Shown: positions 51,601 through 63,800 of the stretch, piece by piece | Numbering within the stretch: the stretch's first letter is position 1 | How the letters are laid out: every line of letters starts with the position of its first letter | NCBI RefSeq assembly: GCF_964355755.1 | Contig: NC_092676.1 | Coordinates: forward strand, 2,299,788 to 2,363,787 | DNA length: 64,000 nt | Source of the DNA: Antedon mediterranea | Lineage: Eukaryota > Animalia > Echinodermata | Reading direction: 5' to 3' | Position numbers and translations under genes: made by a program | Notes under the pieces: model-generated | Told to the model about the DNA's origin: nothing | The model's input: only the letters and a program-made list of their open reading frames with translations | Database searches by the model: none

Positions 51601-54600
51601 CAGTATGTTGACACAAAGATGTAATAAATGTCTTCATTTTTATTTCTCATTTTCACAGTTTTTTATAAATTAAAAAAAAATTTTACAAATATTAATTATG
51701 TGTGCTATTGCTTTTTGTATTATGAACATTTCAGTGAATTCTTGATTATAACGCAGACATAACAAATGTCAAAATATATTTATTTTGATTTAGTATGTTT
51801 TATTTATATATTTTGCGTGAACACCAATTAAAAGATATAAATACAAGTAATAAATGAATAGATTCAAACACAAATCAAGAATATTTAATTTAAGGTGTAT
51901 TTAAGTGAAAGATTGTTATATTTTCAACCTCTAGCACAATTTCATCTTTGATTCAATCTCTTGTCTACACTATAAAAGTTTATGTGACAACAAAATGTGA
52001 TGTGTCCATGGACATGATGATGTCATATCACTACCAAATATTTGGGTACATCATGCTTTTTTTGTTAGTGTAGACAGAGCTTTAGGTTATAGATGCAGAC
52101 CTTGTCTTTTGAGTTCAGCGAGTGCGATCGCTCACCTAACACACTCCTAAACTGCCCTTGAGGTGAGCGAGTGCGATCACTCAGCTAACACACTCCTAGA
52201 CTGCCCTTGAGGTGAGCGAGTGCGATCACTCACCTAACACTCCTAATATGCCCTTGAGGAAAATTTGGTAAACTTCTACACACCAAAATACAAATGGCAC
52301 ACCTACAGCACCCCTGAATGTATTGAGGAGTGCAATTTGTAGCACACCTACAATTTTAAAAAGACAAGGTCTGTAGATGTGATAGATATTAAATTTAAAT
52401 TGGTTTTAAACATTTTAATTTTAAAGGTTGCATAATCTTGTCACTCAAAAACAACAAGACAAGTTGACACTTAGTAAGATAGAACAGAAATGGAAATCAG
52501 AGATAGCTAGTCGTAACGTTGTTGAGAACCAACTTAAGGAAGAGCGTAAAAGCAAACGAGCAGATGAAGCCGCAGCCTCACGTGCAATTGCCATGGCAGC
52601 TGCTAACGCTGCAAGGTAAATAACAGTACATTGCCTTTTTCTTGTAACTTAAGGAGTCATGTTAATTTGTATCTAAACCAAGTGACTTAAAGAGTCATGT
52701 TAATTTGGATCTAAACCGATATCCTAAGGAGTTTTGTTAATTTTGATCTAAACCAATTGAATTAAGGAGTCATGTCCATTTGGATATGAACAAAGTGACT
52801 TAAGGAGTCCTGTCAATTTGGATCTAAAGTGATTAACTTAAGGAGTCATTTCAATTTGGTTCTGTCCTGATCTAAATCAAGTGACTTAAGGAGTCATGTC
52901 AATTTTGATCTGAACCAATTGACCTAAGGAGTTAATTTGTATCAACAATTTACCACATTTTTTGTTGTTGAATCGACTGGCCGAACTGTTAAGAGACGGC
53001 TCCGCAACTTAAAGTTCAAGGCTCTCTTTCACCATTCTCTGGTGGTAGAACAAGTCCTCTCACATAAGGACTTAAGTCCTCTTAGATAAGGATTATTATA
53101 TTATTTTTTATTTAATTTTTATTTTTTATTACTTAAGTCCTCTTAGATAAGGACTTAAGTTCTCTCAGATAAGGACTTACAACTGGATGTCCAGTGAAGC
53201 CTAGTTGCTTGGCCGGCCATGCATACTAACACATCATTTGATTTAACTGTTTTATTTTTAGAATGAATGAATGCAACGGCAGTTGTAAAATGCGTCAAAG
53301 TGAATTAGAAAAGGAGTTAAAGATGTTCAAAGAAGAACTTAAAGATAAACGTGACTCAATGCGGGCATTGGAAAAAGAAGCAGAGGTAAGCTTTGTAGTC
53401 CTGTATGTTATAATTGTCCTTTCAATTCTTCTTAAGCTCTGTCCACACTATCAAACTTTATGTTACAACAAAATGTGAAAATGTTCCATACAGTATATGG
53501 ACATGATGATGTCATCACTACCATATTTGGGTACATCACATTTTTTTGTGTCAAACTAGTTTGATAGTGTAGACAGAGCTTTATTAATAATATTATTAAT
53601 AAGCCCATTAATGCTTTAGTAATTTACCCTGGTATTTTATGGTACATTTGTCGCTTACTTTGGTGGGTAAGATCATCAACTACCTGGGTAAATACCTAAG
53701 TCTGAATAGGCCCTGTGGTACATATCCATGTTGTCTTTACTTTCTTTGCTTTCCAGATATAGGTGCAATTTCATTTCTTTATTTGTCACTCTCATAAACA
53801 TAATATAAAAACCCTCATTAATATGACAAAAAAAGACCCAAGATAAATCATCTTTCACTATTTGAGTTGTGGCCTTTAACGTAAAATGCATTAATTATTA
53901 ACACAATTGATTGTAAAGATAAATTAAATAAGTTTAAACAAAATAGTAAAAGATTATTTATCTTAAACATATTTCAAAATAACTAATCATGTTGTTCAGC
54001 ATGCTAACATTTAATGCTAATCTGTTCTATTTCTTAGAACCTACGTCATAAACCAGAACAGCAACAGCAGACTAAGGCTCTGATGGCGGCACTGGCGGTC
54101 ATCAAAGATCAGAATACTGAATTGGAGAACAGTTTAAGCGCAGAGACTCGTGTTAAACTGGACCTGTTCTCAGCATTGGGAGAGGCTAGACGTCATCTAG
54201 AAATAGCTCAAGGTAAAAGACATTTTTTATTAAAGGTCAACTCGCATCATCGTACGATGAGGCCCGACGAGAATTAAAGCAAAACACTACGCCTGACGCT
54301 ATCTCAAGACGAATCGGCTTGTTGGGATTCAACTCTGACAGCACTGACGAGTCAAGACGTTTATCGGGCCTCGTCGGACGATTCTCTCTGAGTTGGCCTT
54401 AAAGCTCTATCTACAATATAAAACTTTATGTGAAAAAAAAATTGTGATGTGCCCATATTTTTTTGTCAAACTGGTTTGATAGTTTTTGTAGCGAATTAAT
54501 TACCTTGTCTGAACCTGTGATTATTGTAAAGCTCTGTTTACACTATCAAACGATAATTGTGATATGCCCAAATATGGTAGTGATATGACATCATATCCCA

Positions 54601-54965
54601 TATATCACATTTTTTTGTCACATGACAAAGTTTGATAGTGTAGACAGAGCTTTACATGGTTTGTCAGTGACCCTAATCATCATCATCTACATTATTGTCA
54701 TCAGGTTTTTAATTAATTCTTGTTTACAATTTTTCCTACAGCGCAATTGTTAAAGAAAGATCAAGATATCCACGAATTGAAGACAAAAATAGCCGAGGTG
54801 ATGGCCGTTATGCCACAGAGTACGTACCCGTGCACAACCACCCCCATCACCCCAACGAAGCCACATTACTCGGTAGCGTTCCGACAGCAGCTGGACGACA
54901 CAAGCAACTCACAGAGGTCGTCACTCGACCCAAACGCTGCCGTCTACCGACCCAAAAGCAACTAA
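42615..54965 (+). CDS. MACO1: Macoilin (TMEM57), 11 coding exons
   Basis: Exons 42615-42694, 47301-47442, 48116-48242, 48697-48829, 49286-49467, 50126-50606, 51295-51453, 52427-52615, 53262-53385, 54038-54212 and 54742-54965. Protein: MKRRNADCGRLKRPIKRNKITENIYGSTFMYLKFL..., FAASTYVWVQ, DLCRPFAAHCIGYPVVTLGFGFKSY, LENSLSAETRVKLDLFSALG, SSLDPNAAVYRP. Confidence 0.97.
43345..46065 (+). mobile_element. Defective Merlin (IS1595/ISXO2) DNA transposon with long terminal inverted repeats, in macoilin intron 1
   Basis: GGATCAACCTGAG...CTCAGGTTGATCC inverted repeats of more than 270 bp. A transposase remnant at 45259-45478 reads WKVY..GHLTVNHSKNVVDPITGVHT/QNIESYWNREK..LPEYLDEFMWRERYG, with frameshifts. 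Confidence 0.85.
44245..44760 (+). mobile_element. CACTG-terminated (EnSpm/CACTA-like) non-autonomous fragment nested in the Merlin element
   Basis: Starts CACTGTTAAAAAAA, followed by degenerate tandem subrepeats (AATGTAGAATCACAGGTACTGTTGAAAATAAATTACTGTAAAACTACA). The right end was not found. Confidence 0.5.
46598..46789. mobile_element. CAG-terminated MITE with 6-bp TSD (second copy 52096-52373)
   Basis: Inverted ends CAG(G/A)CCTTGTCTTTT...AAAAGACA(A/T)GG(T/C)CTG. Flanks are TCCTGG/TCCTGC here and TAGATG/TAGATG at the second copy. Confidence 0.75.
46813..47079. repeat. 53-bp minisatellite, 5 copies
   Basis: CAGACACTGATACAGACCTGACACTATTGCGATACATTGTGATCACTATAGGC at 46813, 46866, 46919, 46972 and 47025. 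Confidence 0.95.
48865..49268. repeat. 136-bp tandem repeat (about 3 copies) filling macoilin intron 4
   Basis: CCCATATTT(A/G)GGTGTGTCCCCTGAATAGTGG recurs at 48910, 49046 and 49182. Confidence 0.9.
49745..50085. mobile_element. TTAA-flanked MITE, Kolobok-like
   Basis: TTAA|AGATGTATTGTC...GACAATACATCT|TTAA. Confidence 0.75.
50984..51144. mobile_element. PIF/Harbinger-type MITE family (copies 41108-41231, ~41300-41418, ~51958-52081, 53435-53580, ~54403-54482, ~54530-54651, ~56380-56425)
   Basis: TIR AGCTCTGTCTACACTATCAAA. The TSD is TTA at 50984 and 53435 and TAA at 41108, matching the TWA rule. Confidence 0.85.
52648..52940. repeat. Degenerate ~38-bp minisatellite
   Basis: ACTTAAGGAGTCATGTTAATTTGGATCTAAACC variants repeated about 7-8 times. 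Confidence 0.8.
54235..54400. mobile_element. Small MITE in macoilin intron 10
   Basis: AGGTCAACTC...GAGTTGGCCT ends with TAA flanks and an internal inverted GAGGCCCGA/TCGGGCCTC. Confidence 0.55.
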
Positions 54966-56664
54966 ATACCACCATTGTTGTAACTTAATTCAACAGTTCT
55001 ATTTCACCTGTATGTTAGCTGATGTTTGTTTTTTTCTTTATTTATTCATCTTATTACGTACTACATTACAGTACAAACATTCCATAGTTAATTGCATGTT
55101 TATCAACCCATTTTTTTTTTGGCAAGATGCTTACAATAATCCATTTAAAAGTTGTCACAAACTGAAAAAATATAAACATATTTTGACACATGAATCTCAA
55201 AGTTCTTCCAAGCTCATTTTGATATTATGTCAAAAATATTCTACTGCAGTTACTGCAGTAGCTTAATTTTTTACTGCAGTAATGTAACACATAGTTTCAG
55301 TCACTGTATCATGTGTATGATGATTACCTAATCATGCATGCTAAAGGGTTGCATTAACTGGTAAAGAGTAAACAAGATACAGTCACTGCAGTAGCTTAAT
55401 TTTTTACTGCAGTAATGTAACACATAGTTTCAGTCACTGTATCATGTGTATGATGATTACCTAATCAAGCATGCTAAATGGTTGCATTAACTGGTAAAGA
55501 GTAAACAAGATACAGTTACTGCAGTAGAATAATTTTGACATGGTCCCTATCTCAAGTACTACACCTGTTCTCAACTCATTTTTTTACTGTATGGTCCTGG
55601 TGACTATATGGAAGGATTATATTATAAAGAAGATATTTTTCAGATTGTTTTTACAGAAAGAGAAAAAAAGTTTTGGTTAAAAGACATTAGCTTATTGATT
55701 CCATCAATCAATACATTTTTTAAATAACTGATTCAACAGATTCAACCAATCCTTGGTACTGTATGCCTACAATTTGTCCCATATATGGAAAATTATGTGA
55801 TACAGGGTAACATGTGATGCACATGTGAGACTGTATTATGGAACTTAACTGAATACTCATTAAAATCCCCTATCTTGCCATGTGGTCAATATGTTCATAC
55901 AAGTTCTGCTTCCATGTTGATCTTCTAACCAATACAATCAGTTATTGTGCTGAAAGGTGCTTATTAAGGTTGAAAATAAAAACCTGATACTATTATTTAA
56001 AGTCTGTCCACACTAGATAACAATGACCATCTTTTGCTTTATATTGCAGCATTGATAGTAATAGGCTTCTTTAATACTATTATTTAAAGTCTGTCCACAC
56101 TAGATTACAATGACCATCTTTTGCTTTATATTGCAGCATTGATATTAATAGGCTTCTTTAATACTTTAATTTAAAGTCTGTCCACACTAGATGATAATGT
56201 GATGACTATCTTTGGCCGGCTTTATATTGTACCATTGATTGTAATTATTATGCTTCTTCAAGATTTTTCTTAATAGTGGACATTTTTACTGTTTTCCCAA
56301 TTTTTTTTTTCCCACAATGGTGCGATAGAACTTTGTTGTTATAATAACTTGCTCTTTCTTCCAACTTTGTCATATTTAAAACTCTGTCTACACTATCACA
56401 TAGCTTGTTAGTGTAGACATAGCTTAACTACAGTATTATGTTTTTCTTTCACTTTGAGATTGATCAGCAAAATACAGGTTGTTTGTTTGTTAGACCTGTC
56501 GTTAAAATATGTATAACCTAATCTTCAAATCCGCTGTTTTAGCAGAATGTGTTTATCGGTGCTATTATATATTAATTCTGTTTAGAAAACAATGGGTTAT
56601 ATTGACATGTTTACTGTAAACATGTTTAAAAATATTGTTTATTGTTCTAAACATGCTTTAAGGT

Positions 56665-56810
56665 GTAATCTAAACATGTTTATGACATCTAAACATGTTG
56701 ACGATGTCATCTAAACATGTCTATGATGTAATCTAAACATGTTGACGATGTAATCTAAACATGTCTATGATGTCATCTAAACATGTTTATGATGTCATCT
56801 ACACATGTGT
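56665..56810. repeat. ~21-bp minisatellite downstream of the macoilin stop
   Basis: ATCTAAACATGT(T/C)TATGATGT(C/A) repeated about 6 times. Confidence 0.8.
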
Positions 56811-58989
56811 AACATTATACACATAATGTATACTGTAAATGTGTCTTAAAAATTGAACATTGTAAAAACATCTTCTAAATAGGCATTCTGCCAACACGGT
56901 ATCTTAAAAGGTAAGCGCCACCAGGTGGTACGTAATAATTGGCGTTGTTTCTTCTCTTTAACGTTGCTTTGTTTTGTAGTATGTCCGTGCTGTATTGTTC
57001 CATGATCTTCTGTAAAGCTAGGTCTATCTGCATTAGTGTTACTGTAGGCATAGCTCAGCTATTTATCAACCTTCTATTTAAAATATGCCCTAATTGATTT
57101 TTGCTGGTATGGTAAACTTGTTTCAATCTATCTGGACTTAATTGCAATATATGTTTCTAAATGTGACTTAAACACCTCTCTCCCCACCCTCCCCCATCAT
57201 AATGTATTATCCTGACGAGAAAAATGTTTTTGTTCAATTTCAACTGAAAGAAACATTATTTATCCTTATCTAATTTCATGTGCCTGTTGTAGATAAAAAA
57301 TGATTTTAAACCTTTTTTTTAAAGAAAAGTTTAAATAAAACCAACTTTATTATTTTGCTTTTATTGAAAAGAACATATAAGAGATCCAATTATTTTTATA
57401 TCGAAAAATTCCTTTTTTCTTTCTTGAGATTATAACCAATAACAAAAATTGTATTGAATTTTTTATTGTCATAATTATTATTTATTCTCTAAAACCATTC
57501 AATGGTTATATATATGTAGGCTTCAGTGTAACATCAACTATAACTGGCCTTAGGTGGTTATCTGGGATATAATAAGTATTCCTTGATCAACTATAACTGG
57601 CCTTAGGTGGTTATCTGGGATATAATAAGTATTCTTTGTTTAATTGGTTTAACCTTTAACCTTTTGTGCATCTGTAACCAATGAAAAAAATGGATTTTTC
57701 AATCTTTTTTATTTAATCCTATAATAATTTGAATTTGTTTTTAAGTTCCCATAAAAAACATAGAAAAACAATCTAGTATTAACTACTTTATAATTAAAAA
57801 CTATTAGAGTTTATAACCCTTTTACAAATGTCAAATCTTCTACTATAATAGCTTGCAATACTGTTATTGTTTCTTTAAAAGCAACGTGCCTTCTGTATTT
57901 GTGTATTTTCATCACCATGACTACTGCAGCAGCAGACAGATTCATATTTTACGCTTGTTGATATAAAATTGCCGCTACACATAGTGTTTATGTAATTGTG
58001 AATCAATCCGCTAGGATGGAGTGATGGTAAATAAAACTAAGTTTTCGTTGGAGGTTGATTCCTCCTCCTCCTTCTTTCTTGTTACCATTAGTTGCACTAG
58101 ATTATTCCCGTAAAGCTGCTAAAGCAAGTTGTTCAGAGAGTTGTAGACAAGATTAGAGTTGGTTGCACCTTTTGTTCTTGCACAATTCTTTGGTGATAAC
58201 TGTGCCATCTAAGTTCAGCACAGCCGGTGTATTTTGACCAATAAAACTGTGCTTTTATTTATTGCAGTTGATGTTGTTTGTTTTTGTTAGTTTACACAGG
58301 TTTCAATACTTTCATCATATATACTCAATCTTTTCAAATCTCTGTGAACGCTAACATATAATAATAGTCTGTAGTATAATTTAATTTTAGCTTTCAAAAG
58401 TGGGGAGCATGTTTTCCCCAAACAGAAGCCTGAATCCAAAGGCAAATTACTGACAAAATGAAAATGCTGTGTGTATCAATGGAGATAGAAATAAACTGGG
58501 TTGGATCTATGACTAAGTCACCACTAACATATAATATTAATAGTCAGTCAAAAATAGATATGAAAAGGTAGTTAATAATTTTTATTTTCCTGTCAAAAGG
58601 GGTCGCTTTCCTAAATAAACTAAACCAGGAGCCAGAACAAAATAATTCAACTGCCCAGAGATGAGAGGGGAATTTTGAATACAACATATTTATTAAATGG
58701 AATGGAATAGTAATAATAGGCATGGATGAAGGAAGAGAAGTTTATTCTATATAAAAAGGTTTCCACTACACTATGCCTATTATATTAAAAAAGCGTATTA
58801 TTTCCATTTCCATGCGAAAAAATGCGCAACCAATGGGGCTCGTGAATCTTCGATACGTACGTAACGGTACATTACGTTCATCCACGCGCGTAAATGTTAA
58901 CGCGCTCTAGCACCACACACGTAACTAGATGTTATAATTGTTGTAACAAAATGGTTTATAATGTTTTCACGCACTTCCTTTTTAAAGTA

Positions 58990-59413
58990 CGCGTTTCCTA
59001 ATTGACGTCATACACACAAGATACCTGATAATATACGATATCTGATTAGGCTTCTTTATTTCCCTTCCTTATACTAGAATGCATGATCAATCATGGATAA
59101 TTATACAACCTGGATGACATGTTCTGTCGAAATGAATATTTTTTAAAGAAATAAAATAATTCATCTAAAAATGAATTATTGTAAAATAAAACGAGATAAA
59201 CTTTTGTTATCATTAACAATTACTAGCACGCCATCTACCAACCACCACCCACCTTTTGTCTGTATCCCATCTATCAACGGGCGCTAACTTCTCCGCCATT
59301 TTCTAGTGACACATCCGGAAGAACTCCGGTGGGAGAAACATAGTGGAATTAATTCAGATTTACAATTTGTTTTGCATTAGATTGTCACCATTTTTCTCGG
59401 GGCGCATTCAAAG
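58990..59413 (+). promoter_or_regulatory. Likely RSK promoter and 5' UTR
   Basis: CRE-like TGACGTCA at 59003-59010, YY1-like CCGCCATTTT at 59293-59302 and ETS-like CCGGAA at 59315-59320, in a locally CpG-richer stretch upstream of the ATG. Confidence 0.45.
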
Positions 59414-60182
59414 ATGCCGCTGTACCAACTAGCGGACCCATGGAAGAAAATGGCTGTTAGGCAGCTGGCTGAGGTGCGTAGGAAGTTAGGCCTATTTTGC
59501 AAAATCGTCCTCATTGTAACCGCCCCACACCCCAATTTGTATGCTGAACAGCAGTACTATCAACCTCCAATATCTTCGTTAGCGGCACTTCCGCGGTTGA
59601 CCGGCCTAGGCCTGGAGTAACCATTAATCATTGTGTTTATGTTTATTAAGTAATAATATAATTTATTGAGATGAATGAATAGTCATACTATAAATCTTAT
59701 TGATAAAACGGCAAAATAAATAAAAATGTTAAAAGGTTGTTTTGTCATACAAGTTGAATTTAAGACCTGGCCTTCCTACTAGCTAGCTAGCCTAGGCCCT
59801 TTAAACGAAGTTGAGTTAAGATAAACTGAAAGGTATATAGCATGGGATATAACAGTCATGCATGAATGGGGGTAGGCCTAGCTAGAGTAACCCAATGAGG
59901 ATTTCTCTCTTTGGCTTTACCTGCCTGCACAAGCCTACCCCCAGCCCCAATTCTTCTTCCCCATTAATTGCCTTGATTGAGGGATTTTTATAAAGTACAG
60001 CGACCTAATAGTTAGGAGGTTAATGGAAATTTCTAAATATTTCAGAGATACTGTAGTGTCACCTGTTTTATCTATAAAAATGATTATGACAGGCCTATCT
60101 TATTATTTATGTTTCAATTTTTAATTTGTTTTTTTAGGCCGGGAGTACGGAGGAGATGCAGGTTGATAATACCATTCAACAG
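59414..60182 (+). CDS. RPS6KA3: p90 ribosomal S6 kinase (RSK), first two coding exons; gene continues past the window
   Basis: Exon 59414-59473, MPLYQLADPWKKMAVRQLAE|gt, matches the RSK2 N-terminus MPLAQLADPWQKMAV. Exon 60138-60182, ag|AGSTEEMQVDNTIQQ|gt, is in phase. The kinase domains are not in the window, so the symbol denotes the closest family member only. Confidence 0.8.
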
Positions 60183-60619
60183 GTAAATACATTTTTGATT
60201 TTGTAATTTATTTTTTGTTGTGTAATACAATGGCTTATGTATTGGTGATGGAAAAGGAGGAAGGGAGACGATGTTCGAGGGATGAGGAATGAACAAGGTG
60301 GTAAAAGTATATAAAAAATGAAGATTTCTATTTTTATTCATTATTAATAATATTATTAACCTTAATTGCACATTAAAAATACCAATAACAGCCAAATTGC
60401 ATAACATTACACAATATAAATTGATTAGTAATATTAATTGATATCCGAAGTTTGTGTAAGAAGACATTATTCATTAATTATTTAGCAATAAAATTAAATA
60501 CTTTTTTTTATTAAACAAAACATTTAATAAATACATACATTTGTTATTGTATTATGTATCTTGCATCTTGCTCCATACAGTAATATGCAAACAATAATTT
60601 CCTCATACAGTATTATTAA

Positions 60620-60810
60620 GGGATCATGTTAAAATTATTGTACTGCAGTAACTACAATTTTTACTGAAATAAGTAGGTCATGATGCTGCAGTCATTACAA
60701 TAAACAGTGTATGATCACCCAAAAAAACTTGCCAAATAAAATAACCAGGTTAAAAAGTAAACAAAATAGTTACTGAAGTAACTGTAGTACAATAATTTTT
60801 ACATGGTCCC
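60620..60810. mobile_element. Harbinger-type MITE (related copy with internal duplication at ~55225-55548)
   Basis: TAA|GGGATCATGTTAAAATTATTGTACTGCAGT...ACTGTAGTACAATAATTTTTACATGGTCCC|TAA. Confidence 0.8.
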
Positions 60811-63800
60811 TAAATGGAAATGAACTGTGAAGCTCTATTTACAAATATACAACTATCTAATCTTGTAACAGTAGTATTGTACAATCAATTCTCCCAATAC
60901 CAGGGGAAAATTTCATTTTAAAATTTATTTTAGCAATATTACTAACTGATTTTTGAGTCCAGAAACATATAGTTTTGTATTGTATTTTTTGCTACACAAT
61001 TGTAGAAATGTGTACAGGTAGCAATAAGGTTGTTTTGTATAGCTTTTTGCTATGCTTAATGCTACACTGGCGAAATTATTCCCTGCAATACTGGAAACCT
61101 TTTATTTGGGCTGATTAATTATATCTGGTTTTCTGGAAAGTCTGGTATTCTGAATAAATTTTTAATGGTAAAAATGTATTTTGGATATTTTGGACCTTAA
61201 AAAAAGTCAGATATAGGGAGAGCTTAATGTACAGTATTTCATTTAGTTGAAACATCATACTGTAGCTTAAAGAATGAAAGTAAATTGTTAGTCTAAGCCA
61301 ACATAGGCAAGTCTTGAACTTAATGCCACCAGGTTGCGGTGAGCAAGCGTTGACTCCCCCTTCCCACTATGCAATGTCTAGACTTGGCCACACCCACCAC
61401 AAACTATTTTTATACACAAATTTGTAATTTAATTTAAAAAAAATACAGACAGATACTCTAGGTTTATATATACAGTAAAGATAGTATGGTTAATTGTGAC
61501 AGCTCTGTTTTGGTTTCATGTACATTAATAAGAAAGTGAAAGTGTTTTTTTTAGATTGACGTAATAGAATAAAATCCTTTAAAAACTTTCCAAGAAATAA
61601 GATTTCTCAATTTGTAAAGAAAATTGAAAAAGATTGTACATTATTTACCTTTTAACCTTAGAAAAATGGTGTTATTATTCAATGTACATTATTGTTAGAT
61701 AGATTACAGTAATACCATTTATCATTTAATACCCTTACTGTATTAATCTTATTGAAAAAAGAAACACATTTTTAAATTATAAAAAAAAAAAAGATTATCA
61801 GGCAATATGATTTTTCAATCAGCATTTGGATAAATTATTACAATTTATTAAAAAATGAAGATCATAAATTAACATTTAATAGAAAAGAGATACCAACCTC
61901 TTTATCTCAACTAAGTAATTGCTAACAGGGCTGCAAATTAACTGTTTTACTTGGTAGCACTATCAAATTTGTATGATGGCTCATAATAATTTTTGGTAGC
62001 ACCACCAATTTTTTTAGTAGCACCCTTTCATCGACAACTAACCCCCTTCCCTCAAACCCCATCCGCGCAGATCCGTTTTTAGTTTAGTGGGGGGGGGGGG
62101 GGGGTGTATAAAAATGAAATACAACCTTAGGCTGGGGGGTCAGGGGGCCACCAATGGCCCCGCTTTGGGGGGGGGGGGGGATTTTTGAGTAATTATAGGT
62201 TGTTGCAATCGATTTCTGAGCACATAAAAATTCCGCTCTGAAGAATTCAATTAATTTGGGTTATGCACATTTAGGCACTGGTCCTGATGCGCCACTTATA
62301 TTCACGCAAGATCTATTCTTTTTACGGTACAGAAAGAAATTACTGCTTTGTATATACGCGTAACCTTTCGTAGCCTACGCGTAAATAGATCGTAGGTCAT
62401 TGTTCGCTAAACGTATCCTGCAATTTCCAAAGTAGGCCTATTGTTCGTTGCCTATGATGTATTGTTTATAATATCTACGCGTCGATCGTAGGGTGGTTTG
62501 TAGGGTTAGTAATTTGTAAACACCAATGTCATCGCCTTTAGGAGCATGAACAATGGAAACAAACATGTATTGTTGGCTAATTAAAATCCTAGATGTTAAT
62601 TTTTGTAGCCGCCCTACACATCGGTTGTCCTAATTTGGCAGGACTTCCGCCGACGAGACGACATCGGGCCCGAGGCCCTCAGCTCACGCAGAGAGAGTTT
62701 CGGCGGCCTATGATTCAATCCTACCTTGGTTTAGCGAATTATAAAAACAACACCTTGGCTAGGACACCAACAAAATATATGCAATATAAATATTGTATAT
62801 TCCATGTTAAGATTTAACATAGGCCTTTGTAAATTATTACAGTATTACGACAAAAGGCCCGACCAGAATTTGAAGGAGAAAAACGTGCGAATCGTGGGAA
62901 CAGTTTAGAGCTAGCTGTATTACGTTTCATGTGACGCAAAATTCAGGTACACTGTTTTGTAGCTACCCCTCGTACCGAGTAAAAAAAACATGCGAGAGGT
63001 TTGCGGTGGTAAAACAGAGTATCGCGTTTCATGACATGTGACCAAAAAACTAGGTCTGTATTAATTACGGTCTTCTGTCGGCAGTCTTTTTGAGCGACCG
63101 ATTGAACGTTCTGATACTATATTTAGAATGAACTGTTTACGATCTTTTTGTTTGCATGTTTCTGGATCGACTGGACGTTCGCTATATTATTTTTATTAGT
63201 TGGCATAGTTCATTGTGTTGGATCGTGTCGTTGAGAGTAAAAAAACACACACGAATGAAACATTTACGAATAAAAAAAATTATATTATATATTTCTTAGT
63301 AATGTACAAATTGGTCCTCCTCCGCCAGTAAAAAATAACACATTAAATAATAATTTTCACACCTTGTTACTTACTAAGAACATCGTGAGGTTGTTTATTG
63401 AGGTTACTAACGAAGCCAAACAATGTAACCTACAAAGCCAACAACGTAGCCTGTTTTATCTACGAAGCTACTTCGTAGGAGAAGTTGAGGTATTTTCTCT
63501 GATATATAATTTTCGATAATCAGAATCTGGAAAAAGTATTAAATCTACTGATAAACAATACTGCTGTTTAATCTATAAATGAATAGATATTATTAATTTA
63601 TATACATGATATAACCATTATACTGCCTAAAAAATGCTGATGGCTGCGCGGCACAATTGTTTTTTTATTTCTTCTTTAAAACGGAGGTGATTTTCCATGA
63701 GGTTTGTGTCGTCCGCGCGTCACACTGTGCTGTGTGTTTGGTGTCCTTTTGTGTGATTGGGTAAGGCAGCATGCAATAAATAAACTTCCAATCACAACGA

